A stretch of 61,998 nucleotides of DNA, filler included. It is 12 parts of 12 records of this genome, joined end to end, with 100 filler letters (N's around TTAATTAATTAA, not from the genome) between each part and the next. Parts side by side here need not be neighbours in the genome. Positions count along the whole stretch, not along the records: positions 37,235 to 48,153 come from SRR7504441_12409; positions 48,254 to 51,566 come from SRR7504441_12410; positions 51,667 to 56,585 come from SRR7504441_12411; 9 more parts are not named here. One strand, given 5' to 3'. This document shows, one piece after another, positions 46,301 to 56,685 of the stretch (position 1 is the first letter of the stretch; every line of letters begins with the position of its first letter). The translations under genes were made by a program, and so were the position numbers. The notes beneath the pieces are model-generated. The model was not told the origin of the DNA and searched no databases. It worked only from the letters and a program-made list of their open reading frames with translations.

Positions 46301-47875
46301 AGATAATACTCATCCGCGGTGGGGGTACCGAGCACCCTGAGCCGGCCAGCTTTGGGCGAGAATCCGTCGGCTGCTTCATCCGGCAGCGGCTGGAGCACGG
46401 TTCTGCTGTTCCATATCAGCCGGCCAGACCGGTCCATTGGCCCCTCGAGGATTGGGGCTGCGAACACGCCAGCTTGCAGCAGGTCGCCGACCAGCCGCGG
46501 GGTCATCTCGCAGTAGGAGAGGTCGCAGACTGTCTCGGTGGTCGCAAAGCCGTTAATCAGTCGCACAGCCGGGAGTGCAGCCAGCGCCATCCTGCATGTG
46601 TCGACCTCAAGGAGCTCGCCACCCGAGTGCAAGATCTGGACTCGGGCCGCGAACCGGTCGAGCTGCGGCTGGGGGCAGGTTTGGAGCATGGTCCTGAACA
46701 GCGTGGGCGAGATGCAGTCCCATCGAGTGACTGAGCTCTGCTCAAATAATGTGATCAGCGCAGCAGCATCGAGCATAGTCGCGGTGGGCACAACCACAGT
46801 GGTTCCGCCCTGGAACAGCGGTATGAACCAATACCTGCCCGCCGCTCAGCTGGCCACCGGCAGAGGGAGCGCACCAGACGAAGAAAAGATTCATCGCACA
46901 CACGTTTTGGTCGGCCGCAGACGGCGGGAACTCCCACCAGCGCCAGTAGGCCATATTCACCAGGTTCTTGTGGGTGGCGCGGCAGCCCTTGCACCGGCCC
47001 GTGCTGCCCGAGGTCCACGCCATGAACGCGGGTGCGTCGACATCGTTCCAGGCAAACTCGACAGCCAGCTCTGACAGCACCGGCGCGGCGAGCCACTCAG
47101 CGTCGTCGTACTCAACCAGCGGGGGGAGCGCGAGCTCTGCTGGCGGCTGGCTGCCGGGAGGGTGCACAGTGAGCACAGGCTGCCAGTCTTGGAGCTGGAG
47201 CCGGAGCGTCTCAGCCGGTAGGGCGAGGTTGACTTCCATGAACGGTAGGCCGGCCATCGAGCAGGCCAGGTAGCCCACAACCAGCTGGTGCCCCAGGGGC
47301 AGGCAGAGCAGCACGTGCGCCCCGGGCTCGGCCTGCTCTTGCAGCACCCGGGCCAGCGCCCATCCGCGCGCGCACAGCTCTCTGTAGCTCAGCGTTGCAC
47401 CCGGCGCGACCAGAGCAGTCCGGTCAGGGGTTCGGATGGCTTGGGCCAGGATCGGGCTGTGGCAGCACCGGAGCAGATGACGGGAGGTCACTAGCCGGAC
47501 CACTTCGCCCAGCGCGCGCTCCGGGTCGCAGGCCGCCAGCACAGTGGTTCCGCCCGGCTCGGACGAAGGCTCGGCGATCACAGGCAGCTCGCAGGCGTTG
47601 TCGACGGCCTGCTCGGGGCCGATTAGGATGACCTCGGCCGCGGGGCATCCGTTGGCCCGCAGCTCGGCCGCAGTCTGCAGGGCCAGCCGGCAGTCATGCC
47701 CGATTGCGACGAGGGCCAGCCCCGCGCCAGGGGCGAGCAGCCGTCCCAGGCAGGTGGCAGGGCTGTGCAGATCGACCGAGAGATAGCCCGGCGCCCGGCG
47801 CTGCCACTGAGCCAGCGGGGCCGTGGTGGGCTGGCTGCTGCATAGCACAATGCGGAAACGTGAGGGGTCGATCAT
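37305..47875 (-). CDS. Hybrid NRPS-type I PKS, ~3,480 aa: TE-like(degenerate)-A-T-KS-AT(inactive)-KR-DH-ER-KR(degenerate)-ACP-FSH1 hydrolase; introns 46835-46874, 45691-45732, 45198-45237
   Basis: A: WTSGSTGRCKG, GRLDNVVKLRGFRVE, LPMTVSGKIDR. T: NFFE|VGGHSL. KS: TACSSS, HATGT, KSNVGH. KR: ITGGKRGLG, VVDD, YCAGN. DH: HTLDGAKIFP, HPATLD. ER: LIHSAAGGVG, GRFLEIGK. ACP: GLDSL. FSH1: VLHGF, GFSQG, GHAIP. Three GT-AG introns of 40-42 nt join four ORFs in frame. Confidence 0.93.
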
Positions 47876-48153
47876 CTCGAGCCCTTAGGCTAGGCTCACG
47901 GACAGCAGGTCCGGTCGGCGGGATTGGCTCCGGCGGGTGTGCAGCCAGCACGGGTTGAAGTTGTTGTTGCTCTTGATTACGCGCCGCATTCGGCCCTGCC
48001 CGGCTCTCCTCTGTTGGTACAGCAGACTCTGGTCGTGGAGCCCGCTGCTGTGCTCGCTCGTGGTACGTTATTCAACGGCACTGTAGATTCCGAGTCAGTT
48101 GCGCAATGGAGTAGCGCTAGCGTTGAGGGTCGGGCGTTGGGCTCTGGCCGGCG

Positions 48154-48253
48154 NNNNNNNNNNNNNNNNNNNNNNNNNNNNNNNNNNNNNNNNNNNNTTA
48201 ATTAATTAANNNNNNNNNNNNNNNNNNNNNNNNNNNNNNNNNNNNNNNNNNNN
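48154..48253. other. Artificial contig linker
   Basis: 44 N + TTAATTAATTAA + 44 N. Confidence 0.99.
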
Positions 48254-51200
48254 GAGGGTGTGGAGCGAGCTAGCGCAGGACTGTCTGCTGGGCGTCCACT
48301 CGTGTCTTGTGGGGAGGCAAGGGGTTGGCAAGACACGTGTGGCCTGGGCTGCGGGCTGCGCACTCGGTTACAGTGGGAACGTCCGCACTCTGTTCTGTTT
48401 CCAGGAGATGAGCGCGCGTGACCTGCTCCAGCGGCGGGGGACAAGTCCTGAAGGTGATACGGTTTGGTTGGATAGCGTTGTGGTGGCTGCTGCGCGAGAA
48501 GGATTACTAGTAATCCTCGACGGGATCCATAGACTCCCTCGAGGGCTGCTAGAGAGCGCGCTGGGCCGTCTGCTAGTGGATGGCTTGACAGAACTGCCAG
48601 ATGGGACTCAGCTGGTCAGCCAATCGCATTACGATGCAATGCTGCAGCGGGCTGAATCTCAAGAGCTCGAGGCCGCAGGGATAGCGGTTGTGCACCCCTG
48701 CTTCCGTGTGATCGCCACGGCCGAGCCTGTTGCGGAGGCGCTACACGAGCGCTGGCTCACCGACGAGACTTTGCCGCTGTTCCACTTTCATCATGTGTGT
48801 GAGCTCGACGACAATGAGCACACAATCGTCCTCTCGCGGCTCGTTGCTGACAGTGGAGCAGACACTGGGGAATTAGGCAAATTACTGAAGTGCAGCACCG
48901 CGCTGAAAGAAGCCGCAGACGTGGACCCGTCGCTGGCTCCAATCAGGCTTTCGACCCGCAGGCTGCTTCGGGTGGCGCGGCATTTTGTACAGACTGGCGA
49001 CCTGTCAGAAGCGCTGGTGCACGAGCTGACGGCACCCATGTCGCTGCTTACAGTGCAAGCGCGACAGGCTGTCGAGCAGATGCTGAGAGATCACCTGGGG
49101 GCGATTGGCCCTGCTCACGGGGACGGGTTGAGCAGTATGCGGGAGAAGAGGCGGAAAGAGAGCGAGCTGAAGGAGCTGCAGAGAGAAGCGATCGGACTCA
49201 GGACAGCGGCCATGTGGGGCAGGGCGAACGCGTCTGGTGAGAAGGATCTGGACAAGAAGGTGGAACAGATGTATTCGAATGAAGCTGCAAAGGCTGCTAC
49301 GGAGGAGGAGCATCGGCGCAATCAGGCGCTTACGATGTTGGCAACACATCAGGAGTCTGCTGTGAAGACCACTGTGGTCGACAACGTGCTGCATATAGGT
49401 AAGGCGAGTGCCAGTCTGCGTCAGCCAACCAAGCCCGAGTTGGTGCCGGGCGCGATTGTCTTTTACGACGTGCCTCGGCATCTGGAGATTCTCCAAGAAA
49501 TGTTGATCGACTTCAGCTTGGGCAACCACCTGCTGCTGATTGGCAACCAGGGCGTCGGCAAGAACAAGCTTGCAGATCGGCTGCTGCAGCTGCTGCAAGC
49601 CGAGCGTGAGTACATTCAGCTGCATCGTGACAGCACTGTCCAGTCGCTGACGGTGGCTCCGACGCTCGTGGACGGAGTTGTTGTGTACACCGATTCACCG
49701 CTGGTTCGAGCCGCCAAGCACGGGCGTGTCTTGATGGTTGATGAAGCAGACAAGGCTCCGCTTGAGGTGGTGTGTGTACTGAAGGCGCTTGTGGACGATG
49801 GGGAGCTAGCGCTGGCAGACGGTCGTCGTTTAATGCGGAGCCCGAGCGATGGCGAGAATGTTGTGGCGATCCACCCAGATTTCAGAATGATTGTCCTCGC
49901 GAATAGACCCGGATTCCCTTTCTTAGGTAACGACTTCTTCCGCGAATGCGGAGATGTGTTTGCTGCTCAGTGCGTGGATGCGCTCGATCTCAAGTCAGAG
50001 CTTGAACTGCTCCGGGCGTACGCACCCAGCGTTTCCCACGATACCCTAGTGGAGCTCGGGCTGCTCTTCTCAGACCTCCGTGCGCTCTCAGACGATGGCT
50101 CGCTGGCATACCCTTACAGCACGCGAGAACTTGTGAAGCTCGCCAGACACTTGGAGCAGTATCCGAAAGAAAGCATTTCGAGCACCTGCTCGAATGTGTT
50201 CTCGTTCGACGTCTTCGACACAGCTACGGTCGAGCAGTTGTCTCCTATACTACAGAAGCACCAGATCGACCCGACAGTCGCTTTTTCCCGGACCCCCGCT
50301 GTTGTTGGTAGCAGCTTTGAAGCTGCCTTGTCTGATGCGACCGCCGGTAGACATGCCCAGCAAGAGGCGTTGCCAGACGGTTTCAAATCGGCAAAGCACC
50401 TCAATTCAGGCGAATTTGCAAAAGAGCGGGCCTCAATGGGCAACATTGGCACTCGGGACTACGATGATCGTACTGACCGCTCGGGCAAAATCAACCGGCC
50501 TACGATGGGCAACTGGGACGGCCGACAGCATATAGGCGAAGGCCCCTGGGATGGAGGCAGTGGTGGCAGTGGCACAGCAGGCATTGGGGGCCGAGCGGGG
50601 CCGTACCGGTTGGACGTTGGTCAAGATCTGGTCATGCTTTCAGAAGAGGAGAAGGCGGCGTTGCCGGCTGACTATTACGAAGAAGCCAACGAGATGGCCC
50701 GAAATGCGTATGCACACCGGCTGAAAGAGCTGGCACTAGAGCCACACGATGCAGCCAAGTTTGACACAATAGCAAAGCGGATCGCCCCTGCCAGTGTCCA
50801 GATGCGAGTTGCTCTCATGGCTCGAAAAGCCCGCGAGGTGGAGCGGACCTGGCAGCGCCAGCAGACTCACGGCGAGCTGGATGACAGCAGGATTGTGGAT
50901 GGGATAGCGGGCGAGAGTAACATATATCGTCGGCGAGCAGCTGACCCTTCGGCCAACGCCGCTCGAGCCAAGCTCCCGAAACGGGCTAAGTTTGTGTGTG
51001 ACTGCAGTGGATCAATGTATACATTTAATCGAATTGACCAGCGGCTCGATAAACTCTGCGAGCTGGTGCTCTTTGTGATTCAGGCGTTTGAGGGTCTGGA
51101 GAGCCAGTTCTTATACTCTATAGTTGGCCATTCGGGCAGCGGGCCTGTGGCCCTTCCAATAGTAGACTGGGGCAAACCGCCTCGCTCAGCTGCCGAAAAG

Positions 51201-51557
51201 CTGAGGCTCCTGGAGGAGATACGGACACACGCACAGTACTGCCAGTCTGGGGATGCCACGCTTGAGGGCACGAAACGTGGGGTAACAGACTGCTTGGCAG
51301 AGGCGGCTGATGAGCATTTCTGCTTTGTAATCTCGGATGCAGACCTGGAGCGGTATCAGATTAGCCCAGCCGAACTGAATGAGGTAGTCATGGCTGATCA
51401 AGATAGGTGCTCCACCTTTGTTGTGATGATTTCGCATAACGAGACCGAGGCTGAGAGGATCATGCATGCGATCGCACCCGGGCATGCGCATATTTGCGAT
51501 ACCACTGATAGCTTGGCGCAGACCTTTATGACTTTGCTAAAGAATAACATTCTCTAA
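48254..51557 (+). CDS. VWA8: VWA8-like AAA+ ATPase with a C-terminal von Willebrand A domain (5' truncated)
   Basis: Walker A motifs GRQGVGKT and GNQGVGKN, EMSARDLLQRR, EYIQLHRDSTVQ, DEADKAP, NRPGFPFLGNDFF, YPYSTRE, GTAGIGGRAGPYRLD, GELDD, MIDAS DCSGSMY. Confidence 0.9.
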
Positions 51558-51566
51558 TGAACATCC

Positions 51567-51666
51567 NNNNNNNNNNNNNNNNNNNNNNNNNNNNNNNNNN
51601 NNNNNNNNNNTTAATTAATTAANNNNNNNNNNNNNNNNNNNNNNNNNNNNNNNNNNNNNNNNNNNN
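51567..51666. other. Artificial contig linker
   Basis: 44 N + TTAATTAATTAA + 44 N. Confidence 0.99.
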
Positions 51667-52344
51667 CTCTTCACATGAAGCATTCGAGTGAATTATGGTA
51701 TAGGTTTCGGACTACTGGTACCAATGATGATTCTTCTTTGCATCCTTGATCTTGTTGCACACCACGCCTCACTTAAGATCTTGGTTGTAGCCTTTGGCAA
51801 AGTCTCATACAGGCCGCAAGCCACTGACGTTTCTCCAGAATCGACCATCAGGTTCCATCAAAATGTGATGCTCTGGTGGGTGGTGTCAATGGCTGCTCTG
51901 GTGGCTTATGTCTATTTCATCGAGCTTTCGAACTTCGTTTTCATCGTGTGTTTCTGCTCGATCTTGGCGATTCCGGCCCTGCTGATGCTCTTGCTCCCTC
52001 CAACATATTGGCTTCATCAATTACGAGATGGCAGCAAAGAACTCTGGCGCCGCCTGCGAGGCATATTCTCACAAACCGAGCAGACAACACATCAATTGCG
52101 GGTGGAGCACCCGGAGTCGGGGTGGCCTGCAATGGAGTTGACAATCGACCCTGAAGCACTGAGGCGGGTGCAACAGACGCAACCGGCGCCTACTCTAAGG
52201 CCAGGTCCATATGAAGCAGTACCCGCAGGCGTCAGGCCGTTCCAACCAACTCAGCTATTCAAACTTACCAAGTTCGATCGTGTAGACACGCCAACCAATG
52301 ATGATGAAGATGACATAATGTCGTGTGAACGGATGTGCTATTAA
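51667..52344 (+). CDS. 3' part of a multi-pass membrane protein (hypothetical)
   Basis: At least three hydrophobic helices in the ORF 51688-52344. Confidence 0.5.
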
Positions 52345-52727
52345 ATTCCCATGATTGCGATAATAATCATATCATGATCAATTGCGATAATTATCATGAT
52401 CAATTGCGACTTCGAGAAGTGCGTTGAGTGACCTCCAACCGCTGATTGTTGGGATGCATGATTGTGCTCGGGATTTCGAGGTCTAGATAAAGATTCATGA
52501 TTGTAAACATAATAATTATTAATTGGGTACGTCCAACATTAGGTTTAATAGACGTCAGACTTTGCAAGTGTACTTGGTGGCCGCCCATTTGATTTATGTA
52601 CATGGATTGTCGATTTGTGTCGATTTCCATCCGAGGTCAAGCGTTAGGTCAAGCGTGATGATAATAATTATTTGCAATTTGCATGCTCGAGCGCTTTGAG
52701 AATAATCACAATAGGTCGTGCAACTGG

Positions 52728-54344
52728 TTACAGATCAAGCTCGGAGGCATCACTGTCGTCCGAATCGCTTGCCGGGATCACCTCTACCCCCTCCTGGTCG
52801 GAGTCAGCCTCGCCTTCTATGTATAGATCGTTGATGCACATACGGTTGCTCTTCCCGTCCATCGTCCTGGCCGACACTCCGACACACAAACTTCTCGGGA
52901 TGGTGACGCCAGTAATAGGCACCGAATTCAAAAGCTTCTCCCCTCCGATAGTCACATCGCACCGCACGATGCTCTGAGAGATGTCGAACTTGACCTTGAC
53001 TGGCCGGAAATCCTCGTCGCCGGTGAACACGCCATCATCCATTTTGGCAGGCTTACACAGCAACTTCCCGTCCGTGGCTCGCTTGATGCACACAGACCGT
53101 GCATTCCCGTTACACCAGTTGCCAGCGCAGTCCAAGCCCACACCCAGCACCGCGCCCTTCTTGCCCATGAAACCGAGACTATCTTTCCCATCGAATTGTC
53201 TATCCCAGCCAGAGATGGAGGGATCCACCAAATAAACGCAAAGCCCCTGCCCGCCACCCTGATCGGCCGGCTTGGGCTCCATCATGTACTCGAACGCCAC
53301 GTGTACCTCCGACCCAGTTACCTCGAATGGCACACGGCACAGAATATGCCCCTGTTGCTCGTCTTCGTCCTGAGTTAGTTCAAACCCCTCTCCCAGCACA
53401 CAGTCGCCCGCGCCGCGCCAGTTGTCCGGCTCGGACGAGACCACAATCAGGCCTTCGTCCTCGTCCACCTTGTAGTCGGTGCACCCGCGTGGTACCTCAT
53501 TCTCGTCCTCAGGCTCCGGATCCGGCTGTCGTGGCCTCCTGGGCTTTGGGGGCTTCGGCGGCGCTGGGGCGTTGTACACCTCATTGTGAAGCCGTTGCAC
53601 ATCCGGAGGCAGCGGCTCTGACTCCGAAGATGAGTCCGAGCTCTCCTCCGTGCCACGGCCCCAGTTTGGGCCGTTGTCAGTATCGTCGTTCTTGGCCTCC
53701 TGCTTCTCTTTCTCCGCCTTCTCCTTCTCCTCCTTGGCCTTGTCTCTGGCCTTATCGTGATTGATCAGCACAAACGGGAGTCCGATCTGGATCACAGAGA
53801 GCAGCCAGCTAGTGATCAGCAGCCCTGCCGAGGCATTCAGGTAGTACTTCCGGTCCGGATCCGCATCGATGTAATCGTGCATCCCGCCGACTGGGATAGA
53901 CCAGGCGAGCAGCAGGAAGAGACAGGCCACCCCCGAGACCGAGGCACACGCGATGGTGTTCTTCAGGGCGTACATCATGATCACGGCCACCTCGGTAATC
54001 ATGGCGAGGAGCGAGAATGCAAACCCGGCGCGGCCAGAGTTGGCCATCTTCTCGCACGGATGGTCGCCGTGGCAGTTGATGGCCGAGCTGATCTGTTCGT
54101 TGAGGAAGTGCCGCACGCCGCTGTTTTTTTGGTTGTTTCCGTAGCCGGTCATCGTGTAATCTATCCCCCAGAGCCCGATCTTGATTCGAGTGTTGTAGAA
54201 CCCAGGGGCCGAGTCGCTTGAGCGGTAGACCAGCGGGCAGATCACCGCCACCATCACCAATAGTGTCACCACCCCGCTCACCGCCATCCCGATCGCCGTG
54301 AACCGGCCCACCCGCATCTGCTCCATCTCAGCGCTCATTCCCAT
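52728..54344 (-). CDS. Four-TM claudin/PMP22-like protein fused to a C-terminal L-type lectin (ConA-like) domain
   Basis: TM1, a GLW..C..C loop, TM2-4, a charged/Pro linker, then FELTQD..QQG..GGQGLCVYL..LGF..LGVGLD..GN..VGVSART. Start placed at the ATG at 54344, since the upstream part of the ORF overlaps another gene. Confidence 0.65.
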   Translation of the reverse strand: MGMSAEMEQMRVGRFTAIGMAVSGVVTLLVMVAVICPLVYRSSDSAPGFYNTRIKIGLWGIDYTMTGYGNNQKNSGVRHFLNEQISSAINCHGDHPCEKMANSGRAGFAFSLLAMITEVAVIMMYALKNTIACASVSGVACLFLLLAWSIPVGGMHDYIDADPDRKYYLNASAGLLITSWLLSVIQIGLPFVLINHDKARDKAKEEKEKAEKEKQEAKNDDTDNGPNWGRGTEESSDSSSESEPLPPDVQRLHNEVYNAPAPPKPPKPRRPRQPDPEPEDENEVPRGCTDYKVDEDEGLIVVSSEPDNWRGAGDCVLGEGFELTQDEDEQQGHILCRVPFEVTGSEVHVAFEYMMEPKPADQGGGQGLCVYLVDPSISGWDRQFDGKDSLGFMGKKGAVLGVGLDCAGNWCNGNARSVCIKRATDGKLLCKPAKMDDGVFTGDEDFRPVKVKFDISQSIVRCDVTIGGEKLLNSVPITGVTIPRSLCVGVSARTMDGKSNRMCINDLYIEGEADSDQEGVEVIPASDSDDSDASELDL

Positions 54345-54431
54345 GGCCCAACGCCCTCCCAAAACTGCAACAGACGTCTTCGCCTGCCAGCGCGCCTCGG
54401 CGGTGACACGCGCGCAGGGTAGGGGGGCGGC

Positions 54432-54805
54432 ATGCCGGGTGAAGACCGTCTGAAGATGGAGCGGGACCCAGAGCGGTGCGGGTCGGCTGTGCGGCGGCCC
54501 ACGGGCTGGGCAGGCTGCGCAAGTTCCACGGGGCGTTCGTCTATCAGGCAGCCGGCCGGGCAGCCGGCGGCTGAGCGGGCGGGCAGGGCAGCGGCAAGAA
54601 GCAGAGCCACAACGCCCCGATAGAGCAGAAGCTGTGCATCGATGAGGCGCGGGCAGTCCAGTTCTGCTTGGCCCGGAACGGCCACAAGGAGAAGTGGTGC
54701 AAGAGCTTCGTGGAGGCACTCAAGTTGTGCCACGAGAGGGCCAAGGCTGACCCGCGGTACCACAACATGGCCGAAGAGGAGCACAAGAGCAAGCCCGGCA
54801 GCTAG
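54432..54805 (+). CDS. Twin CX9C (CMC4-like/CHCH) small protein; introns 54476-54513 and 54548-54586
   Basis: Spliced product contains CIDEARAVQFC-x10-CKSFVEALKLC. Confidence 0.7.
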
Positions 54806-54898
54806 CCTGGCATCGCCTTCGTTGGCACCCCAATATATATTATTTGATACTATTTGATATTATAAAAGCAACTCCGGAACCAGAGGAAAAAGCCTGAT

Positions 54899-56359
54899 TC
54901 ACTGCACCTTTCGGATCCTATCGATGAGCACCGCCGCGAGCGCAAAGTAGACCGACGCTAGCACGAACACTAACCGGTACCCGAGCGTCTCGCCGTACTT
55001 GTTCCCCGCGTCCAGCAAGACCCCGCCCACCGGCGTTGCCAGCACCTGTGGGAGCACTAGGGCAGCGTGCCATACGGCCAGGTCTCTGGCGGCGTGCTCG
55101 GGGTCAGGCAGCACGTCCATCACAAGCGCAAAGTCGATCGACAAAAAGATCCCATACCCAACGCCAAAACCAATCGACATGCACAGGATCCAGCCGAACC
55201 GATCCGACAGCAGCATTGCTACACAGCTGACGGCCATCACAGCACTGGCCGCTCTAACAAAAACCTTCCGGCGCCCGCCCATCCGGTCGGTGGCTATGCC
55301 CGCCACGGCGCCGCTGGCGGTCGCTGCGACCATCAGGAGAGCCATCGCGGCACTCACTGCAGTCCCGGGGCTCATCCCTTCTGGGAGGGCGACTGCATCC
55401 TTTAAAAAGAACTGGAGGAACTCCTGAACCGTGTACACCCCTTGCTGCATCAGCAACCGAGTGATGAAGCACCAACGGAAGTCATTATTCTCGCGCAACG
55501 GACGGATCATCTCTGAGCAGCCTTCAGTCCCGTTGTCCTTGCCGTTGTCCTTGCTGTCCACCAACGGCTTGTCGGCCCACGCCGTGAAAACCGTGCTCGC
55601 GGCGCCACCGATCAGCAGCAGCGCCAGCAGCGCCCCGACAGCCCCCGTCCCGAGCTGACACGCCCCAATCCCGGCTCCCAGCAAGCTGCCAATGTGAGTC
55701 ATGGCGCCCATAGCACCCGACCCGCTCCCTCGGGACTCCACCGGACAGCAGTCCATCAGAAGTCCGTTGAACGAGACGGACGCCACAATCGCCCCACAAC
55801 AGGTCAAGTTGTACGCCAGCACGCACTCCATGAGAGATGAACTCCGAAGCAGCCACTGCACCGCGATCGCCATCCCCGCCGCTCCCAGCGCGATGAACGG
55901 CCGGCGCCTGCCCATACTCGAGCTCCAACGGTCGCTCAGCCCGCCCACGATCGGCGAGGCCAGCAGGTTGATCGGTACCGCTGAGCCGAGTACCGCCCCG
56001 ATTGCCGACCCCTGCCGCTCCGGGCCGACCACCGCGGCCACCTGGGCTGGGATCGCCACGATCAGCAGCACAAACCAGGTCGCGCTGACCGCCAGCTGCC
56101 ATCCGTTGAGCAGCACGAGCTGCAGCAATGGCCTGCCCGGCGCGGGGCCCCGTGGGCTCCGGAGTAAGCCGTCCTCGCTGCTGCTGCGCGGGCTGCGGCC
56201 CTCCTCCTCCAAGTCCGAGGCCTCTGGATCGGGGGACGCGTCGTCGCGCGGCGGACTGATGCTCAGACCGAGGGCCTTGCACAGCACCTTCCGAGGGTCG
56301 AAGGCGCCCGTCCTGGCCGGGATGCGACCTCGCAAGTCCACAGATTGGTGTGGCTCCAT
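54899..56359 (-). CDS. Major facilitator superfamily transporter (SLC45/sucrose-symporter-like)
   Basis: About 12 TM helices; GGLSDRWSSSMGRRRPFI and GIATDRMGGRRK motif-A loops. Confidence 0.88.
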   Translation of the reverse strand: MEPHQSVDLRGRIPARTGAFDPRKVLCKALGLSISPPRDDASPDPEASDLEEEGRSPRSSSEDGLLRSPRGPAPGRPLLQLVLLNGWQLAVSATWFVLLIVAIPAQVAAVVGPERQGSAIGAVLGSAVPINLLASPIVGGLSDRWSSSMGRRRPFIALGAAGMAIAVQWLLRSSSLMECVLAYNLTCCGAIVASVSFNGLLMDCCPVESRGSGSGAMGAMTHIGSLLGAGIGACQLGTGAVGALLALLLIGGAASTVFTAWADKPLVDSKDNGKDNGTEGCSEMIRPLRENNDFRWCFITRLLMQQGVYTVQEFLQFFLKDAVALPEGMSPGTAVSAAMALLMVAATASGAVAGIATDRMGGRRKVFVRAASAVMAVSCVAMLLSDRFGWILCMSIGFGVGYGIFLSIDFALVMDVLPDPEHAARDLAVWHAALVLPQVLATPVGGVLLDAGNKYGETLGYRLVFVLASVYFALAAVLIDRIRKVQ

Positions 56360-56585
56360 TTGAGTCTAGGAGTCGTTGCATTTTAACGGCATTCGGCGCC
56401 AGCAGCTGCAGCCCGCCGCCATAGTCTCCGCGCCACTCACAAAGCTACCACAATCGTGAGTTTAATCAATTTGTTTTTAATCCGGACAAGTGTCGCGGCA
56501 ACGGCTCGTTTTGTTTCGACTCATGACCGAGCTGACCTCGGTTGCCTCGCCCGAAAGTGTAGACCTGCTGATCCCGAGTCACCAC

Positions 56586-56685
56586 NNNNNNNNNNNNNNN
56601 NNNNNNNNNNNNNNNNNNNNNNNNNNNNNTTAATTAATTAANNNNNNNNNNNNNNNNNNNNNNNNNNNNNNNNNNNNNNNNNNNN
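56586..56685. other. Artificial contig linker
   Basis: 44 N + TTAATTAATTAA + 44 N. Confidence 0.99.

Noticed and set aside
33961-47875. Two adjacent PKS genes as one biosynthetic gene cluster or one gene
   Set aside because: They are separated by an artificial linker (37135-37234), and the NRPS-PKS has its own stop at 37305. Adjacency is not evidence of linkage.
37305-47875. Bacterial contaminant contig
   Set aside because: It contains three spliceosomal introns of the same size and style as those in the housekeeping genes. Ancient horizontal transfer remains possible.
54345-54719. N-terminal 124 aa of the 663-aa ORF
   Set aside because: Antisense to the CX9C gene; the likely start is the ATG at 54344.
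23817-56359. GH32 plus sucrose-like MFS transporter as a sugar-utilisation cluster
   Set aside because: Different contigs, and the transporter substrate is unknown.
6505-56685. TTAATTAATTAA recurring 11 times as a biological repeat or array
   Set aside because: Always centred in exactly 44+44 N; it is a six-frame-stop concatenation linker.
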